Assembly: GCA_015680685.1 (NCBI GenBank)
Contig: MNCI01002585.1
Coordinates: forward strand, 118,351-182,350
Length of the DNA stretch: 64,000 bases
Source of the DNA: Gnetum montanum
Taxonomy: Eukaryota; Plantae; Gnetophyta
Direction of reading: 5' to 3'
In this document: positions 13,761-26,789 of the stretch, one piece after another
Numbering within the stretch: the first letter of the stretch is position 1
Layout: each line of letters opens with the position of its first letter
Program-made: the position numbers and the translations under genes
Notes under the pieces: model-generated
Told to the model about the DNA's origin: nothing
The model's database searches: none
The model's input: only the letters and a program-made list of their open reading frames with translations

Positions 13761-15064
13761 AATATAGATATGGTAAGACCTTTTTCACTTGGGAAGTGAG
13801 GCTATAACAACTTATAAGGCATTTTTTAGCTTCAAAAGTTAAAGCATGTGAAATTGCATCTCATGGATTATAATCTTCACATTTTACATTAAAATATCAA
13901 CCTCAAGTTTGATGGTGAAGGTTACAAATTGCAATATGAGATTTCTTGGTGGTGTTTCATTAGTCCCTCTTTGTTGATGTTTGGAGGATTAACTCGAAAG
14001 GTATCGATAAAGAATAAAAAGAACTACTTCAAGTCCATTACTAATGTTTTCTCTCTATGCTTGATTTTGTAGTGTCAAACCATGCCAAAGAGTACTTGTG
14101 ATAACAAGATAGGATTATGGTGAGGTGATAGAGGTTGTAGGCTATATTTGGTCATAAGAAAATGGCCACATGGTTAATAACAAGTTCCAAATATTGACAA
14201 TCATGATTTTGGTTATTGTAGTTGAATCTTGGCTAATAAGTGAGGTTTTAGTGCTGTGTGCTTTTAAGATAAAGGTCACTTGGTAATGTTCTTAAGGAAC
14301 CAATATTCTGCTCCAAGGTTTCTTTTGTTGTTAGGCTATTCCCTTTGCTTTTTTGGAGACATTAGCTTATCTTTTAGTCTTCATTAGTCTTTTGGCTCCT
14401 TGGAAATTTGTATTCCCATCTCCCTTTTCTTGGGTGAAACTTTCATTGGGCTTCATTACCAAGGTTGAGTTTGATTTGGTTTTCACATTGAATGAGATGT
14501 GTTACATTCAACAAACTTAATGATGGAGCATGATGAAGAAAACATCACATGGCCATAATGCATGACTGCCAAACATAGGTCATCATTATTGTTTAAGGTC
14601 AGAGAGTCTATAAGTAGGCCATGTGGCTGGGCTTAAGGAGTGGTAATGGAAGTAATGTGAGATAAGCATTCTTAACATGGTGGGATAAGCTCACCAAATT
14701 TGGCACATCAAAGTCACATGGTAAATTTCTATCATGATGAATTGCACCTTTGCAATGACATCCCAAGCCTCATCCTACAAGCACAACTCCAAGAGAACAA
14801 TAAAACAAGACCAAGAAAACATATCATTATAATATAATACATAGGGTCACATAGGACAACTAGCAAACTAGGTCACATTAGGTCACCATCATTATAGTAA
14901 GGAGGTATCTATGCAATGTGTATTAGCTTTACAAAGCTTACAATTCATTCATGGTGGAAAATAGAGAGAGATAGAGACAAAGAAAGCATGTGCAAGCTTA
15001 CTTGTTATTTGGTGTAAAGGCTATGGATGTCAATCATTGTCTTGTAACTATAAAGAAGATTATG

Positions 15065-17940
15065 TTAGATGTAATAAAGATTTAGATAGGAATGATTAAC
15101 TAAATTGGCCAATTCATTTTTGTCCCTATCTACAATTCTACAGGCTTCATTTTCTTAGGCATTGGTGATTAGAAAAGATCCTTCCCAATTGGTTGAGAAC
15201 TTGTTTGAATTCTCACAGATGCTATAGGTCCCCTCCCTTAATCTTTCATTTATTAAAGTCATGGTGATGCTATTGTTTCTGCCTCTCTTGTTACTATTCA
15301 ATGTGAGCAAGCATTTGTATCCACTGCTCCTCCACCAAATCCAAGTCAATGGTATGCATCTCCCTATTCTACTTGTTATTGATGAAGTTTGATAGGGCTA
15401 CTCTAAGTGAAAAGACCTATAATTCAAAAGGCAAAAAAACTTTAGATCCATAAATTAGGCTATATAGTGTTACACTAGTTTTTGTTCAATAGGTCATTCT
15501 ATAGGTCCAAAGCACATGGAAAAGCCACTCATGCCACTTGTGTTTGCTATTATTTAGCATCTTTTAAAGTAAGTTTATGATGACCTGGTTGCTAGCTTTG
15601 ACTTGGCCATTAGCTTGAGGGTAGTATAGTGATGAAAAAGAATGTTTGATGCCTAGATCTTGAAAAAAATTTTGTGTTTCTTGGCTACTAAATTGTGGTC
15701 CATTATTTGTGACTATGGTCATAAGTATGCAAAAGCGACCTACTATGTTATCAAGTATGAGTTGACAAACTTGTTGAGATGTTGTCTTCCTTAGGGGAAT
15801 AGCTTCAACCCACTTTATAAAATGTTCAATTGTAGTGATAGTGAAGCTATGTCCTATGGAAGACTTAGGCATTATAGGTTCAATAATGTCAAGTCTCCAC
15901 CATTGAAATGGCCAAGTCATCTAAGTAGTGTGTAACTTTGTTGGTAGCACATGTATCAAGTTCCAAGGCCATTGATAGGTGTCATAAGTTTTAACTTTCT
16001 GTAGATAGCTACTTTTCATATAGGGCCAATAATAGTCTAGTTGTCTAATTTTAGTGGCTATGGATCTAGGTCCTATATGTACCCCACGTACACCCTCATG
16101 AACTTGCTCAAGGACTATACGAGCTTTGGTTTTGCTCAAGCACACTAATAATATTCCATCGAAGGAATGTTGACATAATGTGTTATTGCCTACGATAACA
16201 TACTATTTTGATATTTTATGTACAATGTCCTTTTGAGAAGTGGTTATGCCTTGTGAAGATTAACCATGCATTACGTAAAACTTCATATTGTCATACCACT
16301 CTTTTTGAGCAACGATGTTGACAGAGGCTATAAAATCACCTTTAGTGTTTTTCATAATGGGAATGACATAGTTCATGGTCAAGGAGGACACTTTTCTAAA
16401 CACATCATGTATCACACTTAAGGGTAGGATTGCGATGGCATCGACTAATGTGTTCTTAGTTTAGGGTACATGTTGGATACCAACATTTGTAAATTATTGA
16501 ATTAGTTTCTTGCCTAGGTCATATATTATTGCAAGTGTTTGGCTTTACATGCTTAAACCTCATTTACTTAACCACAAGTTATGAGTCACCTTTAAGCAGC
16601 AAGCATTTGATTCCTAGGTCATGAGCTACCACCATTCCTGTGATTAATTTTTCATATTTTGCCATATTATTGATACATGAGAATTCAAAACAGTGGGAAA
16701 AGTGTTGGATCTCACTAGAAAGTGATGTTATGATAACAACAACACTGGTCCCATGGGTGGTTGAAGCTCTATCAAAGTGCATAATTGCCTCATAGCCCTT
16801 AGGTACTTTGCTAACAATGTTAACATACTCATTGGAAAATTCAAGATTAACGGTTGCATGGTCTTCTACTAGGGAAATGGTAAGTTGTTCGGCTATAGCT
16901 TGACCCTTCATTGAGGCTTGGGAGATGTAATGTAAGTTAAACTCGACTATTATGCATTTCCAATAGGCTATACGACTACTTTCATAGATACTGGTTTTTA
17001 TGACTCTAAGCACATTATCCTTGCAAATGACATTGACTCATTTCATAGTATTCTGACAACTCTTCTCCATCATCTCATTTCTAATTGAGTAGAGAGGCAA
17101 TGGACATGTTAGAGATAGAAATTTAGATGTAAAAATGTTTATCCTTTTATGAGGAATAGATCGTGGGTAGTTGTGCCAACTCTTACTTAAGGTTTTCAAA
17201 GGCTTCTTAACATTGAGCCATTCACTCATAGTGTTTTTTTAAGCAAGTGTTGCATGGGCTGTAACTTATCTGTAAGTCTTGTGATGAACCTATGGATAAA
17301 TTGTAAACTACCTTGTAGTCCTTAAAGCTCCTTAAGGTTAGTTGGTGCTTCCAAGTTACATATGACCTTAACCTTATCAAGATCGACACGTATTCTTGCT
17401 TCAAATATAACAAATCCAAGCATCTTACTAGTTTTAACATCAAAGACACACTTCTTGGAATTAAGCCTAAGCTCATATTTGATACATCAATTCAACACAA
17501 GGTCAATGTCGTGCACATCGTCATGGATCATTTTGAATTTAATGACTATATTGTCCACATAGTAATTAAGCAATCCTACCACTAAAGATATATGTCATGT
17601 CTCATTGATAAGTGATTCCTACATTCGTAAGACCAAAGGAAATCATGGTATAATAAAAGATTTCCCAAGGGGTCATAAGGTCATGCAAGTTGATTCTTTG
17701 GGTTAATACTAACTTGGTTGTATTCAAAGAACTCATCCATGAAGAATAACAAGGCATGTCCAACCATAGTATCTATAAGTTAGTCAATACAAGGAAAATG
17801 AAAATAATCTTCTATGGTTGCCTTATTCAAGTCTCAAAAATCAATGCATATATGTATACTCCCATTTTTCTTAGGGACTACCACTATGTTGGACACCCAT
17901 TCTACATAATTGATAGCTCGAATGAAACCAACTTGATCAA
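15065..17940 (-). pseudogene. pol: Degenerate pol: RT - RNase H - archaeal-type RNase H - integrase - GPY/F
   Basis: GFIRAINYVEWVSNIVVVPKKNGSIHICIDF*DLNKA; YVDN; MHFDRAS...INNMAKYEKLITGM...LLLKGDS (aRH); WPFQWWRLDII...FIKWVEAIPL...YPQANGQVKASN; KFSTNWEGSF. RT-RH-aRH-INT order as in Ogre/Retand. Confidence 0.92.
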
Positions 17941-18499
17941 CTAGGATCACAAAAGAGAAGGTTAAGCAAATAAGGTACCCTAAAGGCCACCTAGCATGAG
18001 ATAAAGACCAAGTGATAGCCAAATGATGATTAAATGGGATCAAATGGAGCCTAAATATTGATCAAATTCCACCCAACGATGTTCTATATGGTCAAAAAAT
18101 ATCACAATGATGTCCAAAGTTGTAAGCTAATGCCAAATAAGATCAATTGAGATCAAACAATGCCAGATGATAGAAATATTTCATGAAATAAGGTCCAAAT
18201 GATAAGGAAATGACAAAAAATGGAGCTAAATGACATCAAATGATAGGGTAAAGAAGGCCAATAATGCATACCAAGGTCAAATCAAGCCAAAAAATAATGA
18301 AACAAGGCCAAATCAGTTAAGGTAGGTAACATGGGATAAAGCATTATCAATATTGATTAATCAAGGTTAGATTTTGCAAGTTTTAGGCCTTATTGAGACA
18401 TGGTATGAGGCCATAGAGTTCATAAGAGAGTTTGAGAACATGGGGAGGTTTTTTTGATGCTACTTAAGGCTAAAAAAATGAGACTTATATTGGCATCCA

Positions 18500-20430
18500 C
18501 ATTGGATCTATGTTGGACCCATGCTGGCCAGCGTGGCTGAGGCATGCCTTAGCATGAATAAGGTAAAAATGTGATCTTCTCAATTGATCATGGCTAGTTT
18601 CAAGGTCTTGGTGGTCTATTTTTGTAGAACAATGGATTAGGGATGAATATTTTTCACCTTTGACATCATTTTAATCCTTTGGAAGCCATAACTAGTAGTT
18701 GGAATTATCATCCATACTAGGACTACATTGGCCAACTTGGCCCTAGTGTGGGTCTATGAAAAAAATTTGGTTCATGACATCTCAAGGTTGAAATTGGTGT
18801 CTTATTTACTTCCTAGGGTAGCACAAGGTCATGGGAGTTAAAATTGATCCTTTTCAAGTTAAAACTTTGAATGAAAAGTGGTTTTTGAGGCCTTACCCCT
18901 TAGAGCCATGCTGGCCAATGTGGTTGGGGGTGTGTTCAATGTGAATAGATAGAATTTGGATTTTAGTGATCAAATAGAACCAAATTTCAGAAGAGTTCTA
19001 GATTTCAAGGTCCTAGGCTTCCCCAATAGACTTTTAGACTATTTTGGATGAGATAATGTTGCTAAAATCATTCTTGAACTCTAACTACTCTGGAGCCATG
19101 TTGGCTAGTGTTGCTCTAGTTCTTCCTAGCATAGTTGCACTTGATCATTGAATTTTGATAAGTTTTTGTTGTAAATTAACCAAGCCTTCAAGATCCTAGG
19201 GTTACTAATGTTCATGGCTATGGTTTAAGCTTGAAATTATGAATTTTGAAGGCTATTTGAATCTTAATAGGATCATACCCCCTAGACTATGTTGGATAGT
19301 GTAGTCCTAGCATGGACAAGGAGGTATGATTAATGTTTTTACCATTTTTGACTCAATTTCTAGGATTTTATGATTTCTAAAGGCTCTAATAGGGTTTGGG
19401 CTTCTAGAGTTAAGTTTAAGACCATTTTGAGTGTTTTTATGCTAGTAGAATTAGTTTTAAACCTCAACCACATTAGAGTTACACTAGCTAGCATGGATCT
19501 AGTCCTCCTCAGCATGGTTGCAAGTGAATATTAGCTACTAGTAAATTATGATGTTGAATTGACCAACTTCTTGGATTCTTAAGGTTATTGGTGATCATGG
19601 TCATGGTTTTGGACTCTAAATTTTCCATTTTGAATGCATGTTTAGGTGTTTACATGACCATCCCCCCTGGACTACCCTAGCTAGCATAGTCCCAACATGG
19701 ATGAGGGAACATGATGAGTTTTGAACATTTTCCATCCAGTTTTTAAGGTTTGGAATTCTCTCAAGGTTCTAGCAAGGTTTTCAAACTAGGAGGGTAAGAT
19801 TTGAGGTATATTTGAAACGTGTATGAATTTTTATTCATTTTGCATAAACCATCCATAGTGGACCCATGCGACCTAGTATGGTTGAGGGCTTTCCCAGTGT
19901 GGCTAGTCGGGTTAAGATGAAATTTCACTTGATTTTTGCTTTATTTTTGTTGTTTCAAGATTATTGGAGATTCTAGAAAGGGTAAAGGTCATGATATGTC
20001 AATTTGTAGATTATTTTTGGTATTTTATGTTTAGACCCCATCCAACCATGCTAGGACCATGCTGGCTAGCATGGTTGGGGTGGCTCCTAATGTATCTCTA
20101 CTATAATTTATGCTTTTCAACATTTTTAGTGGGTTTTACTAAGTTTCAAAGGTTTTAGACTTTGCATGGTCATTTTGGAGTTGATTTGAGGCTTGATTGA
20201 TGGTTGCAAGTACAATCCCCCTTGGAGTAATATTATGAAATGTGGTTGGGATTTTGGATAGCATTTTTACCAAAATAGTATGTTTATGATGAGTTTTTGC
20301 CTACTTCAAGGCTTGGTAGTTTCTAATGTTGACAATTGATTTCTAATTTTTGTATGGAGTTTTTGCTTTCAATGTGTTATGGTAAGGGTGGTTGGACCCA
20401 CGTTGGATCCATGCTAGTAAGCATGGTTGG
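18500..20430. repeat. Degenerate ~190-bp tandem array, each unit carrying a decayed palindrome ACGCTGGCCAGCGT
   Basis: Motif starts at 18521, 18725, 18908, 19098, 19289, 19481, 19674, 19866, 20059, (20230), 20411. Confidence 0.75.
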
Positions 20431-20833
20431 GATAGGTTTTAAGGTTAGGAATGCATCTCAAGACTTTTTGGGTGTTTACCCCAAGCATATAGGGGGGTTT
20501 GGGTTGTGAATCCCATTACATTGGAATTATGGATACTTTTCTTAGGAAGCACCTAATGAAGCCCACCCAAATTTAAATGATGTTTTTGTTTCACACTTCC
20601 CACCATCCTAGCATGGTTCATACTTTCACCCTTTTCACTATCAATTCACTATGACTTAAGTAAGCAAATTAGGCAAGGGGTTTTGATAGGAGGTGCATAA
20701 GTGACAAATCCATTTTTACATGTTAGTTTTATCGAAATCATTTGCAAAACCTGTTCCATCACTAGAAGCACATAGTTTCATAGATCTCCCAGAAATTTTG
20801 GTTTAAACCTCATTAATTATTAGTGTTTCTTAG

Positions 20834-23800
20834 TCATTCTCCATCAAGGAGCAACATTGGTGCCAAGAGTTTGAAGAATTTGAAGGTTTTCTGCACTGTT
20901 GCTCCAAAATTTCAAAGAGGAAGGCAACCACAAGAAAGAATCCAAACCTGGAAGATGTAGATGCTACTGTAAAGAGGCTTTTCCACCTTACATGGCCTCT
21001 ACTAGGGGAAGGATCCTCCACCATGACTATGAGGTATACCACTCTTAGCCATTTTTTTCATGAATTTTTTAGTTTTTCTTACTTGGAACCTAGGTGTTTT
21101 AGCTTGTGTGGGCTTGTGTATGGCATGAAATTCATTTTTGTTAAACTCCTACATAAGATTTAGGTTACAATTTCATGGTTGTAGCATTTATTTGGTTTTG
21201 AGATTGGTTTATGTTACGTTCTGAATTTTATTTTGGCCTTGTTTCACATAATTTTTGCTATTTTCCTGAAAAAGCAATGCCTCTTTCCTAATTTTTATTA
21301 AGAAAAAAGCTATGATTTTTTTAGTTTATGAGGCCATAGGGTTGTAGTGCATTGCTTAAAAATTTGAAATGATTATTGAACCACTAATATATGATGCATG
21401 GTAATTTTTTTATAAATTTTCACGTAAGCCAATGCACAGTGATTTTTTTTTGGTTTTTAGCTATTTTCAATGCAATACTAGTTTTTTGTCAAAACCTTGT
21501 CAAAATTTGTTATGCTTTTGGGCTATCGTTTAAATTTTTCCTAGGCCTGGGACTACAACATTAATGCTAGATTTCAGTGAATTTTAGGTTTACATAGTCT
21601 CTACACATAGAAAAAAAATTTAGTGCTAATTTGTCATTTTTATTTACGTGCAAACATGCCTTGTACAATTGCAATTTTGACTATTGAAATAGTAAACCAC
21701 CCTGGCTGTACAGGGAGCGTTGGTGTGTTTGTGGAAATTTTTTTTTGCAATGTTAAAAACTCTTTTGGATATTTATAAGTTGTACTCTAGTTCTCGACCA
21801 TCATTTGAAATTTTTAAAAATTTTAACTAGCCCCCCTAGAGTTATTACTACAAATAGTTTCATTATTAACTAGGATTACTAGTCAAAATTTTGTCAAACT
21901 CAAATGGGAATTTTGTAACTACTAGTGTGCGATTGTATTTGGATATAAGATAAATTTCATGGTTTCAAAATTTTTGTATTTTTTATGTATATTTTCATTG
22001 GTATTAGTGGGCTACTTCGTTTTATTTGGTTTTTTATGTGCAAATTGCTCATAATTTTGGTTACTACTGTGTATTGGTTCTAAGGGTTGAAAACTGTGAA
22101 TTTGGTTATTTGTTCTAAGTGAGAACATTGACATTGAGGTTGTAACAATTTTGTTTTTTTAATAGTTGTTCACTTTCAGTTATGGTCATTAATGATTTTA
22201 ATTGTTACTATTGGGTCATGTAGGGCCTTTCTAAAATCCATCTTGGTGGTGATTAAGCTAGTGGGGATCCTGTGCTAGATTCACACACCAAGGCCCAACC
22301 CCTCAACTATGGACATGGTGTTGGAGCATGGCTTCCTTTGGTTTATGCTAGGGGTAAAGTAGTTCTTGGCCCATTTGCCTCAAAATTTCAGTGTGATGGT
22401 TTGGTCACACTTAGTTTCTAAAATAGCAACCATCATAGAAACCATGCTACCCCATTTTCTAGCTTGATTTTCAAATTCATAGTTGATAATTATGACACTC
22501 ATGTTGAGGATGAACAATTCAATAGCATATACATCAGAGGAACACGTAAGTTGTCCAAAATCTAGGATATGCTCAAATTCATCCAGTACAACATCGACAA
22601 CATGTTACTAGTTAGTCACCATGCTAATATATTATTTTAGAATGCTCCTAGCACCATCTAACATTTGGAGGGATAAGTGTAAATTTAAGTTTTCCTTTTA
22701 TTCAATTTATTCTTTATTTTATTATTTTACTTGGGTTTAACAATTTTTTTATTTTGGTTGACATGCCTACAAGTATAGGGTAGATGACCATGGATTGATC
22801 AAGAGTGACCGACTCTTGTCTTTTTCCTAAATAGTATTAGAGGTATTTACCAAAGGCCAAGTGGCGAGGATCATCATGATGGAGCAACTCAAAGATGACT
22901 TTGGAAGATATACCACATACTATTCCCAAGTCTACCATAGGTGCTTGGTGAATGGGACAATTCATAGTTGGTGGAGAATTCCTAATTTTAGTGCATAGAC
23001 ATGTATCTTCCTTAGTGTTCCCACACTACCTTCACATAGCAAGCAAAGTAAGAATTGTGGTTTTTTCTATTATATTTTATTTTTTATGCTATGTCGATAT
23101 TTTCATGGCTACATAGTTTAATTGTTTAAATGGATTTATTAATATGGCTATAAGTTTTGTTCTAATTTTTTATATTTGATATATTTTTGTTCTATAGGAT
23201 GTGGCTATGTCTAAGCTAACAAGAAATTTTTGTTATGTTGTAGGGGCTACATCTTTCTCCATTGTCACCATAATCACTTCAAGATGTGCATAGGAGAAAC
23301 TTATCTACAAGTTTGGTGAGGTGAATCCAACGTATCATTGGTTGGCTAGCTAAGTATCCAAAAATGTCCAAGAAAACATCACTAGTGTAGGTTTGCTTGA
23401 TCTTTTCATGGCTCCTAGCCCAATCATACCTACCCTTGAGATGGTGAATTTCATTGACTTCTATAATAAAGAAGTGAAGAAATTCATCACTCAGGTTCAT
23501 GGTCTACCTGTCACATTGGCCATTAATGAATCTACCTTCATTGGTATCTTTAGTATCCCTCATGAGGGCATGATAGTTACCATAAAAGTGAAAAAGGATG
23601 CAGACCATTGAGAGGAGGTGGAAGAATGGCTAAATGCTCATTGTAGACATTCTAGATTGTCTATACTCTAGTTCTAGGTCGAGAAGGCTAAAGAGATGTA
23701 TCCATTATTCTAGTATTGTGTGTTTCCAAAGTTGCTATCATAGAAGAAGCTCATCAATATTGAATAGGCATAGACCATGAAAAAGGTCCTCATGGATGAT

Positions 23801-26012
23801 TCTTAGTTCAACTAGATTTCTCATTTGGTTTTCGGGCTATGAGGGAAGATCCTAAAACTCCAAAAATACCTTACTACAATATGCCATATGCATTTTTCAT
23901 TTTTTAAGGCATATTTAAGGAGGTTCATAGAGTTCTTAGTGGTGTAGAAGGATGGATGATGGATGTGCCAACATCCATCCTAACTTTCTAAGCATTGGCT
24001 GAAACTTATTTTTCCAACCATGTAGGCTCAAACCCCACTATAGGATGTTGGGGAATCACTTTCTATTACAACTAAGCATTTTAGTGGTGTACATTGTGCT
24101 TCCCCTAACAGTATGGCAATTGAGCCCCCCAAGTTTCCTATAGGAACATTCAGAAGGCCAAGGAGTTATGTATTGAAGCTAACAGAGTAGCTAGAGTGAA
24201 ATTGAAGAGGCCTATTGTTGAAGATACAATAATAGTTGTTGAGCAATCCACTAAGAGGAGGCTCATCATTAAACTTAATCAAGTGCATCTTGTGATGGAA
24301 GGTAAGTTCTATTTTTTATCATTAACTTATTTTGTATTTATGTTGTGTTTTATATGTCTATGTTGTTAATTTTTTTGGGTAAATTATGCTAATTTGTTCT
24401 ATATTTTATCTTCACTGTTCCTATAAGCAAGTAATAAGAACTAGTATCCCAAGTGGTAGCAATAGAGGTGAAGCAAAAATGCTAAGAGGAGGAGGTCCTA
24501 CAATGGTGTGAGGATGAGGAATTATCAAATGCTACATTGGATGACCTTGATGCTCTATTTGATGATTCATAGCTAGGTGAACCCCTTATTATCACCTTAG
24601 ATGACATCCCAGGTATTTATGATTTTTTTTCTTATGTGTTGCATTTTATATCATCATGCTTAAAGCTTGGTCTTAACTATATAGGCTACAATTATGCATG
24701 TTGTAGTTCTTGAACCTTAGCTAGGTGGCTCAACCTCTACATTCCACATGAAACCATGGGTGGAGGTTCCTAATAAAATGAAGTTCATGCATGGGATAGC
24801 TGAAGACATGATTGATGGGTTGCAACAGATTGCTCTCAATGTTGGTAAGAACCTTAGTTTATTTTTCCTTTAAACCTTAGTTTATTTTTCACTTAATTTT
24901 TTTACTATTTATGTATTTTCATTTCTTCATATAGGTTTTATGGTTATGTGATCTTAGTGGTTTAGAATTTTTTGGTTATTCTTGTTATTTATCATTGTTA
25001 ATATGAATGTTTTGTTGTTATATTACTTGTAGTGTCTAAGGTTGGATGGGGTTCCAACTGTGCCATGGATATTGATGCATCATTGCCTAGCCTACCACCT
25101 AAAGTGGAGACTATTTAATAGAATTTATATGAAACTATCATTAGATGTGCACTTTCATGTGCTAAAACTTTGTGGAAATGCCAATGTTCAAACAGGTTCC
25201 TATGGGAATGAGTTGTGGCATTAGAAAAAGAGACTGAGAGATAGGTGCAGGTAATTAAATATCTCTAGGATTGTAAGGGATTTTTGCAAGCCCAAGTAGC
25301 TAACAAGAACTCCTCGTGAACTAAGGATATAATGTGGATACGTTATTGGAATGCCATCCATCACAAGGTTGCTCTTGCCATTGAGGTTGTGGAGTAGAAG
25401 ATGCAAATGGACTTATTGGTGCACAAGGTTAGAGAGTGAAGAGATTATTATGCTTGGGTTCTTGAGTGGGGCTAGGCAAAAATAAACCACAAGAAAAAGT
25501 ACAGGTCAAAATGGAAGGCCTATCTTAAGCGGTTGCAGGAGGAATCCATTAATTATCACATGTTGGAGCCATTCATGAAGGGGATCCAAGAAGAGAGTGT
25601 CTTCAAACTATTTGAAAGCTCTCTAAAGGTGGTTAATTCTCCAACTCCTTAGGTCTCTACCACTTTGGGGGAGGTAGCTACCACTACATTTTCATGGGAG
25701 CCATCCATATGGAATGATATCAATGAGAGCAACATCCTAATAGGTGTTAATCTTGGGGAGGTGGACTAGGCCCACATGACTGAGGATCAAATCCTCCATT
25801 GTTTAGATGTTGGCCTTTGAAGCTTCCCCACAAAGGACGTTGCATCCAAGCCCTTCCATGTTTTCTTATTTTATTTTATTTTAATTTGGTTCCATATGAT
25901 GTTGATTACTAATTGAACTTATGTTATTGTGTTATAAGTACCAGGTGACAACAACTACCCTAGTGGTGATGATGTTGGAGATTCTCCTCGGCCCCCTCTA
26001 GTTGCACCTTAG
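20834..26012 (+). pseudogene. Antisense multi-exon gene of element A: FCP1/NIF-like HAD domain + plant-transposon/PMD-like domain + acidic and coiled-coil-like tail
   Basis: Approximate exons 20834-21033, 22224-~22678, 22773-23047, ~23198-24301, 24428-24612, 24707-24844, 25033-~25858, ~25939-26012, separated by T-rich mostly GT-AG introns. Exons and splice sites are mirrored in copy B (44017-49058). Confidence 0.75.
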
Positions 26013-26789
26013 CACCATCAATTGGTTATGTATTTAGTTATTTATATTTTTTTTATGTTATTATGTCATGGCTAGTGTTAGTCATTGGTTTTTGAGAGAT
26101 GATTTACTTATTTTTATGTTATTTTTTCGCTACATGATAGCTATGGCTATAGGACATATTTATTTCATGTGTTGTTTAAATTTTTGTCATACGATTGTGA
26201 TTGTGGCTATACATTGCAAATTCTTGGATTATTATCTTTAAAACTTTAATTTTTTATATGTTCTATTAGTTCTTTCATTTTACATATCTTATACATTTTT
26301 TATGTTTCGTTCATGTTATAAGACCGCATTGGTTAAATTGTGCAATTATGTGTAAATTGAATAGGCAACTAAAATGTGGACTAGGTTGTAAATAGGTTAT
26401 AAAAAGTGTTGCTAGTTTTAAGCTATGGTGAGCCATGATGTTTAAGGCCTTGGTAGACCATCATCTTGCTAGTTTTAGGCCATGGTGAGCCTTGAGCATT
26501 GAAAAGAATACCTTTCTTATAATTTTGTGTTTGAAAATATTTTATAAATATTTTTCAAGATTTAAGGTTTTTATGCTATTTTTTATGTTTTAGATTTTAA
26601 AGTAGACTAGAGACAAAAACATAAACTATAAAAAAGAATAACCTCCAGGCTACATCCAAAGTAAAGTCAACACAAGGTAAAATGAAGTAACTCAAAATAG
26701 TACATGTAAATAATGTTTAAACTAGGATAAAGAAGTAAAAAGAATGCTACATGGTTATGGGCACAAGGGAAAGAAAATTAGAAACATAC

